Origin: an uncultured Chloroflexia bacterium | GTDB lineage: Bacteria > Chloroflexota > Anaerolineae > B4-G1 > SLSP01 | Assembly (NCBI GenBank): GCA_963751345.1 | Contig: CAVVUS010000041.1 | Location: 1 to 61,654 of the forward strand | Length of the DNA: 61,654 nucleotides | Direction: 5' to 3' | Part shown: positions 44,001 to 55,483 of the stretch, piece after piece | Layout: the number at the start of each line of letters is the position of its first letter | Numbering within the stretch: position 1 is the first letter of the stretch | Made by a program: the position numbers and the translations under genes | The notes under the pieces: generated by a model | Told to the model about the DNA's origin: nothing | What the model saw: only the letters and a program-made list of their open reading frames with translations | Database searches by the model: none

Positions 44001-46185
44001 ATGCACATCAGACGTTCCTGCCTCCTCTCTATTGGAGGTCTTCTCGTAGGCTTGTTGCTCGCGGCCTGTGGCTCATCTGCCACACCGCCGCCGGCCGCTC
44101 CAACGCCGTCTGCAGTTCCTCCGACGACGCAGCCGTGTCCCGAGCTTCCGGCGTGTCCCGAGGTTCCGACCTCTCAGCCGTCAGTAGACGTCCCATACGA
44201 GGCAGATTGGATCACTTCGGGTCACGCAGATGCGAGTGCCGAACCTTTCGTTCATTGGAACGAGGATGATCCCGCCGTAGTACCCGAGGGGTGTGCCAGG
44301 TGCCACAGCTCCTACGGCTATCAGGACTTCCTGGGCGCTGACGGCAGCACGGCAGGCGTTGTGGATCAGCCCGCCGCGATCGGCTCGGTCATCAACTGTG
44401 TCGCCTGTCACAACACCGCCACACTGACCCTGACGAGCGTGACCTTCCCGTCGGGGCAGCAGCTGACCGGGCTGGGCGATGAGGCTCGCTGTATGCAGTG
44501 CCATCAGGGCCGGGCTTCGAAGGCGACCGTCGATGCATCCATCGAGAGCGCCGGATTGACGGATATGGATACCGTCAGCGATGACCTCGGCTTCACCAAC
44601 ATTCACTATTTTGCTGCGGCTGCGACCCGCTACGGTACCTGGGCGATGGGAGGCTACGAGTATGATGGCCAACCCTACGACGTCAAATTCGCCCACGTCG
44701 AGGGTATGGACACGTGCATCGACTGCCACGATCCGCACACGCTGGAGGTACAGGTCGAGCGTTGCGCGGACTGCCACGAGGGCGTGACCGCCGTCGAGGA
44801 CCTCAAGGACGTGCGATGGATGGGTTCCAAGGTCGACTATGACGGTGACGGCAATCTCCAAGAGGGGATCTACTATGAGATTGAAGGGCTGCGAAGCATG
44901 CTCTACGAGGCGATGCGGACCTACAGCCAGGAGATCACCGGGACGCCCATCGCCTATAGCGCCGATACCTACCCCTACTTCCTGATCGATCTGAACGGCA
45001 ACGGCGTCGTTGACGCCGACGAGGCCAGTCGAGACAACGGTTTCACCGCATGGACAGGGCGGCTGGCAAAGGCTGCCTACAATCTGCACACATCGGTGAA
45101 GGATCCCGGCGCTTTTGCGCACGGCGGCAAATACGTGATCGAGTTGCTGTACGACAGCATCCGCGATCTTAACGTAGCGCTTTCCAGTCCTGTGGATCTG
45201 ACCTCCGCGCACCGCGTCGACGCCGGACACTTCGATAGCTCTGCAGAGCCCTTCCGCCACTGGGATGCCGACGGTGAAGTCCAGGCCAGATGCGCCAAGT
45301 GCCACAGCGCGACCGGGCTCCCGACCTATCTGAAGGAGGGCGTCAATGTGTCCGCAGAGATCAGCAGCGGGTTCGCCTGCACGACATGCCACGAGGTGAC
45401 CCCTGAGGGTCTGGTGCCCCGCACAGTTTCTACTGTCCGGTTCCCCAGCGGCGTGTCACTCGACAGTGGGAGCTCAAGCGGCAACCTGTGCATGACTTGC
45501 CACCAAGGACGGGAATCCGCCGCTTCGGTCGAACGTGCCGTGACGGGCTTCGCCGACGACGAGGTGATGCCGGATCAGGGCTTCATCAACGTCCACTACC
45601 TCGCGGCGGGTGCAACGCTGCTCGGCGGCAACGCCCGTGGCATGTACCAATACCCGGACCAGGAGTATGCTGGCCAACTGGAACACGTCCAGGGCGCACA
45701 GACCTGCGTGGACTGCCACGATCCCCACGGCCTGGCTGCGGACACAGGCCTCTGCCGGACGTGTCACAAGACCGAGGATGTCAGTACCATCCGGATGTCG
45801 AGTGTGGATTACGACGGTGACGGCAACACGCAAGAGGGACTTGCGCAGGAAGTCTCCACGATGGAAGATCTCGTCTACGCCGGAATGTTGGACTATGCCG
45901 CAACCGTGCTCGAGGCGCCCATCGTCTACAGCGACGCGTACCCATATTTCTTCAACGATCTGAACGGCAACGGCGGCGCTCGATGATGATGAAGGCTCCA
46001 GCAGCAATGCCTACGCCGGTTGGACGCCTCGTCTGCTGAAGGCCGCCTACAACTACCACTACGTCCAGAAGGAGCCGGGGGCGTTCGCCCACAATGGTCG
46101 GTACGTCCTCCAAGTTCTGTACGATACGGTCGTCGACCTTGGCAACCAGGTCAGCATCGACACGACCGTAATGACGCGACCGTAA
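44001..46185 (+). CDS. Decaheme cytochrome c lipoprotein, duplicated pentaheme unit (frameshift ~45975)
   Basis: GGAGG RBS, lipobox LLAAC, ten CxxCH; C-terminus continues in +1 frame to TAA 46185. Confidence 0.9.
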
Positions 46186-46212
46186 CTCATAGACCCATCG
46201 GCAGGAGTGCAT

Positions 46213-49200
46213 ATGACACCACTACCACGGACGCGTTGGCGATACATCGCCGTAGGACTGGTCCTTCTCTGCGTGGCCATCTGGCTATCCCTGGGCAACC
46301 CGGCGGTTGCCCAGGAGCCGGGCCAGGACCATGGTGGCTTCTCGGCACTGGCCGGCCCGTTCGAGACGCCTCAGGAGGTCACCGCAGCCTGCCTCACCTG
46401 CCATTACCTCTCCGGTGGGGAAGTTATGGGCACATCCCACTGGACTATGACAGTGACGGACACCGTCACCGGTCAACAACTAGGCGAGCGCCACATCATC
46501 GACAACACCTGGATCGGTCTCCCATCAAACGAGCCACGGTGTACGTCATGCCACGCAGGCTATGGCTACACGGACAGCTCATTCTTCGAGACGGCAACTG
46601 AGACCGACGTCGACTGCCTCGTCTGCCACGCAAGCACAGACACGTACGAGAAGTTCCCAGCGGGGGCCGGCTATCCGGTCCTCGGAGAGGCTCAGGAGTT
46701 CCCTCCGGGATCCGGCACGATCTGGGAGCCCGTAGACCTGGCAGCCGCTGCCCAGAGCGTGGGGCCACCGGGGCGTGATAACTGTGGTTCGTGCCACTTC
46801 TATGGGGGCGGCGGGGATGGTGTAAAACATGGCGACCTGGACAGCACCCTGGTCGCGCCAAGCCGTGAGCTGGACGTGCACATGGGCACGGATGGCCTCG
46901 ACTTTACCTGTGCGACGTGCCACGGCGGACAGGACCATGAGATAGCGGGCAGCTTGGTCAGTGGCCAAACTCCCGTCGAGTGTGAAGGCTGCCACTCGGG
47001 CGACAATGCCCCTCATCAGGACAGCGAAATGGGCGCGGCGCTGGCCCAGCACACAGATGCCGTGGCGTGCCAGACCTGCCACATCCCTACCTTTGCCCGC
47101 GAACAGGCGACGACGATGTCCTGGGATTGGTCGAAAGCTGGGTTGAAGGATGCAGACGGCCAGCCGGTCGTCTACACGGATGCTGCGGGCAACGTGGTCT
47201 ATGATACCCAGAGGGGCACACTCACGACTGAGATGAGTGTGGTTCCCACCTATAGATGGTGGAATGGCGATATCGCCTATCTCACCCTGGCGGATACGAT
47301 CGAACCTACTCAGACGGTGACCCTAGCTGCCGTACAGGGCGGTCCCGGGGATGGCAAGATCTCGCCCTTCAAACGCTTTACAGGCGTACAACCTTACGAT
47401 GCGGGCGAGAACACCCTCGTCGTGCCCAATCTCTACCCCAATGATGCCGGCGACACTGACGCCTACTGGGCTGCCTGGGACTGGCAGCGAGCGGTCGCCT
47501 CCGGTATGGCTACCGCCGGCGCTGAGTTCAGTGGCGAGATCGGCTGGGTAGACACCGAGATGTACTGGTCCCAGAACCACATGGTCGCACCCAGCGAAGA
47601 AGCGCTGACGTGCGTCGACTGCCATACGAGCGGGGGAAGGCTCGACTTTCAGGCTCTGGGCTACGAGCCCAAGCGCGCGGCCTTCCTGAGTACGCTGGCA
47701 GAGCCGGGTGGTCCTCCGCCGCACCAGAATCTGACACGCTACACGGGGCCCGAGACCTGCTTGACCTGCCATCCCGACGCGGGACGACAGGTGGCGGAAT
47801 CTGTACACTATGCGTGGGACGGCGTCGCCCGACCGACGGCGGCCAACGACGACCTCCTCAGCAGGATGGGATCTGAATACTGTGGCCTTCCGGAGTCGGC
47901 CGGCAGCATCAAATGGCTCAGTCTGCTGCAACCCCAGAATCCGGGCCAGTCCCCGGCGCCCGATGGCTGCGCCCAGTGCCACGTGGGGTTCGGCGCTAAG
48001 CCGAATCCGCCGGACGCCCTCACCGAGGCGGACGAGACCAACGTAGACTGTCTGATCTGCCACGGGCCCGGCTACACACGGACGGTCGCAGATGTCGATG
48101 GCACGCCGCGCCTCGTCGCGGCGCCCGAGGCGGATATCCTGGAGGTGGTGCGAAACGTCCAGAACCCAACGAACGAGATGTGCCAACGCTGCCACGCCGG
48201 CCCTGGCGGGGGGCTGAGTAACGAGCATAGTGGTTCGTTGGCATCGCCTACCACCGACGTACACCTGGCCAACGGGCTGCAGTGTATAGACTGTCACAAG
48301 GTCGAGGACCATCATTTCGTGGGCACCTCTGATCTGCAGGGCGGGGACGACCAGGGGCCGGCGCCAAGCTGCACCGACTGTCACGATGGCAAGCACCCCA
48401 CGGGGTTCACCGCCATCGATATGCACCTGGACCGAGTGGCCTGTCAGACCTGCCACGTTCCTGCTATCGCGAGAGACCCGGAAATTCCTACACTCGTCGC
48501 CACAGACTGCACACAGACTGCGCTTCAGGATAACGGGCTCTACCAATCCGTGATCACGCTGGACACGGAGATCACGCCTTTGTACCGTTGGTCGAACGGC
48601 CAAACGACCGGTTACCCGCCGGGCCCGGTCGGGAGTATCGATGATCCCAGCGCCAAGCTCACGCCCTGGAAAGCCATTACGGCAATGGAGCCAGTCGACG
48701 CGGCGTCCGGGGACTATCTGCCCATCCAGAGCGACATCCTTGCGGTCACCGGGGACCTCGACCAGGCCATTAGCCAGGGAGCTGAAGCCGCAGGGACCGA
48801 CTACTCCGGCTCCTGGGAGCCAACACACCGATCAGTTGCTCTTCCCGGTGAACCACCAGGTGGCACCGGCAGCCGAGGCGCTCAAGTGTGCTGATTGCCA
48901 CACGCGCGATCAGGGCAGACTGGACTTCGTAGGCCTGGGATACTCGGAGGTCCGCGCCACAGACCTGGTGCGCAGTGCGCCCACCGGCACGACCTCGGAG
49001 CCGGCGAATATAGTCCAGGGAAGCCAGTACAGCAGTGATGCACGGGCGTATGTCGGCGGTCTGGAGGAAGCTCTCGGGCAACACAGACATGACCTCAACG
49101 TAGCGATGGGCATCATCGGAGGAGTAGCTGCCGGCGTCGTCGTGGCCCTGCTCCTTGTCATCCTGGTGCTGCGCAGCCGCGGAGTGACGGTGACGAGCGG

Positions 49201-50542
49201 CGAGGGGGTGGCTGCGACAGCACCGCGGTGGCGTGACCGCTATGGTGGTCCTGATCGTCGGCTCGGCGCTCGTCGGCTTTGTGAGCCTGCACTATCTGCT
49301 GGAGTTCACCGCTTCGACGGAGTTCTGCGGAGAGCTATGTCACGCGACGCGGGCCGAGTACGTCACATATCACACATCGCTCCACGCAAACGTGTCCTGT
49401 GCAGAATGTCACGTGGGTCCGGGTCTGGACCAGGAGCTCAAGGCCAAGCTGAACGGGCTTCGTGAGCTCTATCTCTACACCACGAATACGTATGAGCGGC
49501 CCATTCCGTCGCCCGTGGAGACCCTTCGACCCGCCCGCGAGGTCTGCGAGGCTTGCCACTGGCCCGAGGTTTTCTACACCGACCGCGCAGTGGAGATCCC
49601 ACACTTCGCCAACGACGAGGCCAACTCACGCAGCAACACCTACATGCTCGTCAAGATCGGCGGCGGGACCGAGCGAGAGGGACAGGGTCAGGGCATCCAC
49701 TGGCACATCCAGAACAAGGTCGAGTACATCGCCACCGATCCGCAGCGCCAGAACATCCCCTGGGTCCGAGCAGAGATCGACGGCCAGACGGTGACCTACG
49801 TCGACGTGACCAGCCCCACTCAGCGAGGAGGAGCTCTCGCAGTACGAGGTCCGCGAGATGGACTGCATCGACTGTCACAACCGCGCCTCTCACATCTTCC
49901 GATCGACCGACGAGGTGCTGGATGAGGCAATGGCGAACGGTGTCCTGCCGACAGATCTTCCCTACCTCCGGCGTGAGGCCTACAATGCACTGGAGACCCG
50001 GGATGACACCGCTGCTGCGACGGCGGCGATCGAGGCTATCCCCGCCTTCTATGAAGCCAACTACCCGGAGATCTATCAGGCGAAGCAGGATGTCTTGACG
50101 GATGTCGTGCAGGATCTGAAGGATATGTATGCCATCTCGCACTTCCCCGAGGAGAAGGTCTTCTCGGACACGTATCCGGACAACCTGGCGCACCTTGAAG
50201 ATCCGGGGTGCTTCCGCTGCCACAATGGCAAGCACTACGCGCAGGACAGCAGCGCCCAGATCGCAGGAGACCAGTCCATCCGCCTGCAGTGCAACATCTG
50301 TCACACCATCCCGCAGACGGTGCCGGCCGGCCAACCGGTGCCGGAGATCCCATTCCAGGCCGCGCCCACAGCCGACCAGCCACCTCTCAAGCACGTGGAT
50401 CGCCGACCATCGCTACACGTTCGATAACACCTGTACCGGTTGCCACGAGGAGGAGACCTTCTGCGCGAACCCCAACTGCCACGGTCGCAGTTGGCCCTAC
50501 GTCAATCTATCTGTGTCCAATCCACCTTTTCCCTTGCCCTAG
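46213..50542 (+). CDS. Giant multiheme cytochrome: OTR-like x2 + 2 TM + NapC/NirT-like, 24 heme motifs (four +1 frameshifts)
   Basis: SNEPRCTSCHAGYG, GGGGDGVKHGDLD; 22 CxxCH plus CGELCH and CANPNCH; overlapping ORFs 46207, 48641, 49233, 49858, 50129 each offset by +1. Confidence 0.75.
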
Positions 50543-50593
50543 CGGTCGCGGCGGTCAATCGACGCCGCAACATCGAGGTTAGGCGAGCTCAGC

Positions 50594-50637
50594 AAGTGCC
50601 CGGCACCCCACCACGCATCCCAAGGTGCCGGGCACTT
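50594..50637. repeat. REP-like inverted repeat / possible terminator
   Basis: AAGTGCCCGGCACC ... GGTGCCGGGCACTT, perfect 14-bp arms. Confidence 0.7.
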
Positions 50638-50726
50638 CTGTCGTGGCTTTGCCTTTCCGCGACCAATGCGCTACTCTAGTAGTCCGATACCGTTAGGACG
50701 TCGGCAGTTTCATATAGGAGTGACGA

Positions 50727-52653
50727 ATGAAACAAGCCATCACCCCGGAGCAATCGCTTCGTCTCAGCCGGATGCCTGTCGAATACGAATTGTGCATGAG
50801 CCTCGGCTGGCTGAGCAACCTCAGGTGGCTCGCGGGCGCCGGTGTCATCGTTGCTACGTGGGTAGCCAGTGCCCTCGTAGGCGTGGAGATAGACACCGTT
50901 GCGCTCTACATCACCGGAGTGGCCATCCTGGCGTACAACCTCGTTTTCCAACGCTGGTTGACCCAGATCCAGTGCGATCTGACCGGCATCAGCACCCACA
51001 CCCGCACGTTGGCGCGCGTACAGATCGCGATGGACTGGGTAGCCATGACGTCGCTCATCCACTTCTCGGGGGGCATCGAGAGCCCCGTGATCCTCTTCTT
51101 CTTCTTCCACATCACCCTGGCTGCTATCCTGCTCTCCGCCCAAGACACATTTCTGTTCGCAGGGCTGGCCTGCCTCCTTCTAACCGGCACGGCGTTGGCG
51201 GAATTCGCCGGGGTATTGCCGCACGAACACGTCACAAAGATGCTGCCTGCGGATCTCTATGCCAATCCACTCTACATCGCTGGCATCCTCGATCTTCTTT
51301 TCCAGTGCCGTCTTCGTCTCAGCCTATCTGGCAACGCGCACGACGCGGAGACTTCGGGCGCGCGAAAGCGAGATGGTCCAGTTGGGACAGGATCTTCAAC
51401 TCGCCTACGGCAGATTGGAGGCGCTCTACCAGAGCGCTCAGGCCGTCAGCTCGACGCTGGAGCTCCAGGAGGTGCTCGACCGCCTGACTCAGAGCACTAC
51501 CGAGGTAATGGCGGTCAAGGGATGCACCATCCGCTTGCTGCACGACACGAGCACCCAGCTTTGCCTGGCCAGCACCTATGGCCTCAGGGAGGAGTACCTG
51601 CAGAAAGGGTGCCTCCTCGTCGAACAGAATCCCCTGGTGCGCCAGGTGCTTGCAGGAGAGGTCGTGTCGGTGCCCGATATCACCGCGGACTCGCGCCTCC
51701 AGTATCCCGCGGAGGCCGCCGCGGAGGGCATCCGCTCAACGCTGACCGCCCCGTTGGTGGGCAAGTCGGGTCCCCTGGGCATTATCCGGATCTATTGCGA
51801 CCAGGTGCACAGGTTCACCGAAGAGGACGCGCAGTTTCTGCGCACGGTGGCGAGTCACGGCAGCATCGCAATCGAGAATGCTATGGCGTATGAAGCGATC
51901 GAACACTTGGAGGAAGCCAAACGGAAGTTCGTGCTGCTGGTGACGCACGAAGTCCGCTCGCCACTAGGCGTCGTACGCAGCTTGCTCAACACACTTTCCG
52001 GCGGATATGCCGGTAAGCTCACGGACCTGCAGGCTGACATGGTCGACCGTGCCGTCCGTCGCACCGAGTTTCTCCAGACCCTGATCGACGACCTGCTGGA
52101 TCTCGCTGCTGGGAAGACTGGCCTGCGGATGACGAACGCGACGGAACCGGTGGAGCTTCAGGCATTGGTCAGGGGCATTGCCGAGCGATACCACGTGCCC
52201 GCGGAGGAGAAGCAAATCGACCTCCAACTGCACATCGCCTCCGACGACCCTCTGATCGTCGTCGCCAACCAGGAGGAACTCGACCGGGCAGTCACCAACC
52301 TGGTATCGAATGCGGTGAAGTACACGCCCGCCGGCGGATCGGTCACCCTATCATTGTCACGGAGCGGAGGAGCCGCTACGCTGACGGTCACCGACACAGG
52401 AATCGGCATTCCCGAGGATGCTTTGCCCCATCTCTTCGAGGAATTCTATCGGGCACCCAACGCGAAGGCTCAGGTGAAACAGGGCACGGGCCTGGGCCTG
52501 GTGATTGCCAAGGATATTGTGAGCCGCTATGGTGGCACAATTGGGGTGAGCAGCACATTGAATCAGGGGACCACGTTCTCCGTGGTTCTGCCGGTAAGCG
52601 TTCAGAAATCCCAGCCGGCGCGAACTGGCATTCCGTCGATGTCTGTGCGATAA
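50727..52653 (+). CDS. Membrane GAF sensor histidine kinase (frameshift ~51290)
   Basis: Multi-TM N-terminus (SGGIESP), GAF, THEVRSPL, NAVKY, DTGIG, GTGLGL. Confidence 0.9.
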
Positions 52654-52706
52654 TGGCGGTGGAATGCGAAGCAAGCACGAGATCATGACAGACCGGAGGA
52701 ACACCT

Positions 52707-53087
52707 ATGGAGCCTAAGAAGATTCTTATTGCCGATGACGATCCCGACCTCGTCCTCGCTACACGCCTCGTCTTGGAAAGCGCGGGGTACGTCGTTGACG
52801 AGGCTTCTAGCGGGGAAGCGGCGCTGGAGAAGATGCGTGCCGATACGCCTGACCTCGTCCTGATGGACGTGATGATGGCCAACCCCCTCGATGGCTACTA
52901 CACTACGCAGCAGATAGCCGACGATCCGGCACTCAGCGAAGTACCCATCGTGATGGTCTCCTCCATCGCGACGTCGCAATACGCGGCGAGCTTCCCCACC
53001 AATCAGCTACTGTCGATTCGCGAGTTCATCTCGAAGCCCGTCGAACCTGAGCAGCTGCTGGCGAAGATCAAGCGCTACGTGAGGTAA
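52707..53087 (+). CDS. Single-domain response regulator
   Basis: ADDDPD, LMDVMM, SKP; no output domain. Confidence 0.9.
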   Translation: MEPKKILIADDDPDLVLATRLVLESAGYVVDEASSGEAALEKMRADTPDLVLMDVMMANPLDGYYTTQQIADDPALSEVPIVMVSSIATSQYAASFPTNQLLSIREFISKPVEPEQLLAKIKRYVR

Positions 53088-53139
53088 GCCCTGCGGGCTT
53101 GCGCGGCACTGCGGGGGCCCGCCCCGCAGCATAGCCAGC

Positions 53140-53211
53140 AGCGCCCAAAGCCGTCGGCCCGAGGCTGCTCGGGCTTTCCCGAGGCTGCTCGGGCTTTGGG
53201 CTTTGGGCGCT
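53140..53211. repeat. Branched inverted repeat containing a 20-bp tandem duplication
   Basis: AGCGCCCAAAGCC/GGCTTTGGGCGCT arms around 2x CCCGAGGCTGCTCGGGCTTT. Confidence 0.7.
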
Positions 53212-53229
53212 TTCACGTGTATGCGTAAG

Positions 53230-54072
53230 CTACTCAACCGACGCAGCGGTCACATCCTCGGCAGCCGCGATCATCTCCGCGAAGCGCGTCCCGGTCTCGA
53301 AGGCCCGCTGGAGGAAAGCGGCCTCATCCGTGAAACCGCTCCTGCCGATGGAGAGCTCCATACTCACGCACTTCTCGTAGGAAGACCCAGCCAGGATGCG
53401 GGCCAGCCGCGGCCAGTCGACCGTTCCGGCGAAGAGCAGGTTGTGCTGATCGCCGGTGCCATCGTTGTCGTGAAGGTGGACCGAGATCAGCCGGTCCTTG
53501 ACTTGCTCGAGACGATCGAGACCGTGCCCCTCGACGTTTCCGTGGCCCGCGTCGTAGCAGAGTCCCAGGAAGTCGGGGCCGTACTCCGAGAAGAGCTGCT
53601 CGATGACGTCGAAGTTGTCGACCGCCATATTCTCCAGCGCAATCCGAACCCCGCGATCCCGAGCGAATGGCATCATCGCATCCAGAGAACTCCGCACGAG
53701 AGCCAACCCATCGCCCGAACCACCGGCGTCAGGTGCAGTCAGGGGCGGCAGATGCAGGATGATGACGTCGCTCCCGAGACGCGATGCCATCGCAATCCGA
53801 TTCTCGACCAGCTCCACCCCCGCCAGCCGCTCATACTCACGCGGCGATCCCCACGCCTTCTCCCGTCCGTGGCTGGCATGGATGTCGAGCATAGCCAGAC
53901 CCAGCTCGTCCAACCAGGCCGCGATCTGCTCTATCTCGTATTCCGAGTAGAGGAAATCGGTGTTCCAGTGGTGGCACCAGTGAAGGTGTGAGAAACCTGC
54001 GGCAGCAATACCCCGGAGATAGGGCTCGGGGTTGCCGGTATCGTGTACATAGTCAGTCGTAATCGATAGCAT
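53230..54072 (-). CDS. Sugar phosphate isomerase/epimerase (xylose isomerase-like TIM barrel)
   Basis: ALEN, CYDAGH, HLHDN, DQH, GTVDW. Confidence 0.85.
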   Translation of the reverse strand: MLSITTDYVHDTGNPEPYLRGIAAAGFSHLHWCHHWNTDFLYSEYEIEQIAAWLDELGLAMLDIHASHGREKAWGSPREYERLAGVELVENRIAMASRLGSDVIILHLPPLTAPDAGGSGDGLALVRSSLDAMMPFARDRGVRIALENMAVDNFDVIEQLFSEYGPDFLGLCYDAGHGNVEGHGLDRLEQVKDRLISVHLHDNDGTGDQHNLLFAGTVDWPRLARILAGSSYEKCVSMELSIGRSGFTDEAAFLQRAFETGTRFAEMIAAAEDVTAASVE

Positions 54073-54090
54073 TATCCCTCCAGAACTCCA

Positions 54091-55430
54091 TCAAGATTTG
54101 GCGGTAACGCGGCCACGGAATGGCCTAAACGTCACCAGATAGAGAAGGGCTGCCATCAGCCGGATGGTGCCCGACACGAGGAAATCGCCGGAGTAGCCGA
54201 GGTTTGTGATGAGCCAACCACCTATCAATGGACCCAAGATGCTAAAGGCGCTCGAAAGCGTCATGTATCCCGCGGCGGCCTCGGTGTTGTCCTCGCCGTC
54301 GAGTAGTTCCAGCATCAGCGTGAAGGCAGCCAGATCATACCCCCCGAACAGAAAACCGGATGGCACCTCCACAAATGCGATGTGCCAGGGCCGGCTGACT
54401 ACCGTGTAGATCCAGGGAAGGACGGGGATGCATAGCGAGGTCACGGTGATCACCCATCGCGCACCCCGCCTGTCCAACAGGTATCCCCAAAGGCGCAGCC
54501 CCAGCATACGGGTGAGGGATCTGGTCGTCACAAGGAGACCGATCACGCTTGCCGGCGATTTCAGTACCTCCACCTGGAACGTGGTGAAATAGGGCCCGCC
54601 AACCATCAGACCGACGTTGAACAAGATGCGAATCAGAACAAAGATCAGGAATGGACGGCTACGGGTCGTGGCTCGCCAGAGGCTGCGCACCTGCTCGACA
54701 AGACGCACCCCGCGGACCGCACTCTTCCGCTGCTCCGGGATCTGGCTGAATGCGTATGAGGCCGCGATGCCGGCGACGAATGCTATGCTGAACGCCACCT
54801 GGTATCCTCTCGGGGCACCGGCGCGCTGGATGAGCGCCCCCGCCAATGGGACCAGGAGCATCGTCGTGAGAGCTTGGAGTAGGTTGCGCGAGGAGAAGTA
54901 GCGCCCCCGTGTCTCCATCGGAGCGATATCTCGCGTTAGCGAGAGCCACGCCGGCATGAAGCAGTTCAGTAGCCCCGCACGCAGCACCAACGCCGCCATC
55001 ACGGCCCACACCAGGTTGGTCCGGTGATGAAGAGTGGGGCCAGGGCCGCCAACAGGAACATAATGCGGAACAGGATCGAGAAGACGACGACCATCCGCTT
55101 CCGATGTCCCCACCGCCGACCCAAAGCAGCTCCCGGAATCGGCATCAGCATCCCCATAAAGCTGGAGGCCGAGGACATCCAGCCTACCTGCGTGCGCGAG
55201 CCCCCGACGGAGAGCACATAGAGGCTGGCGTAGTTCGCCCAGAAGGCATCGGAGATCGACGACAGAAGGCTGTCGAACCAGAATGCGCGCATGCCCTTGT
55301 GATACTCAGAAGGCGTGCCGCGAAGCGCAAAGAGATCGAATGCTCGCAGGCGTGAGAATACGGCGGCTGCAGTGAGGTTATTGGAGGCGGAGGCGCGACG
55401 AGCGTGCAGACGACGTAGCATGCCCTGCAT
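54091..55430 (-). CDS. MFS transporter (frameshift ~55015)
   Basis: Many TM helices, RGRYFS, WGYLLDRRG. Confidence 0.85.
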
Positions 55431-55483
55431 TATACAGCACGTACGTTGCCGAGGAAATCAACCTCACACCTGCATCAGGGCAG

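Noticed and set aside
46213-50542. Programmed frameshifting or phase variation in the cytochrome
   Set aside because: No shared slippery motif, and the same +1 shifts occur in ordinary genes such as amt and glnK
35309-53087. Cytochrome locus as an integrated mobile island
   Set aside because: No integrase, transposase, tRNA or flanking direct repeats seen
53158-53197. CRISPR array
   Set aside because: Only two adjacent 20-bp copies, no spacers, no cas genes
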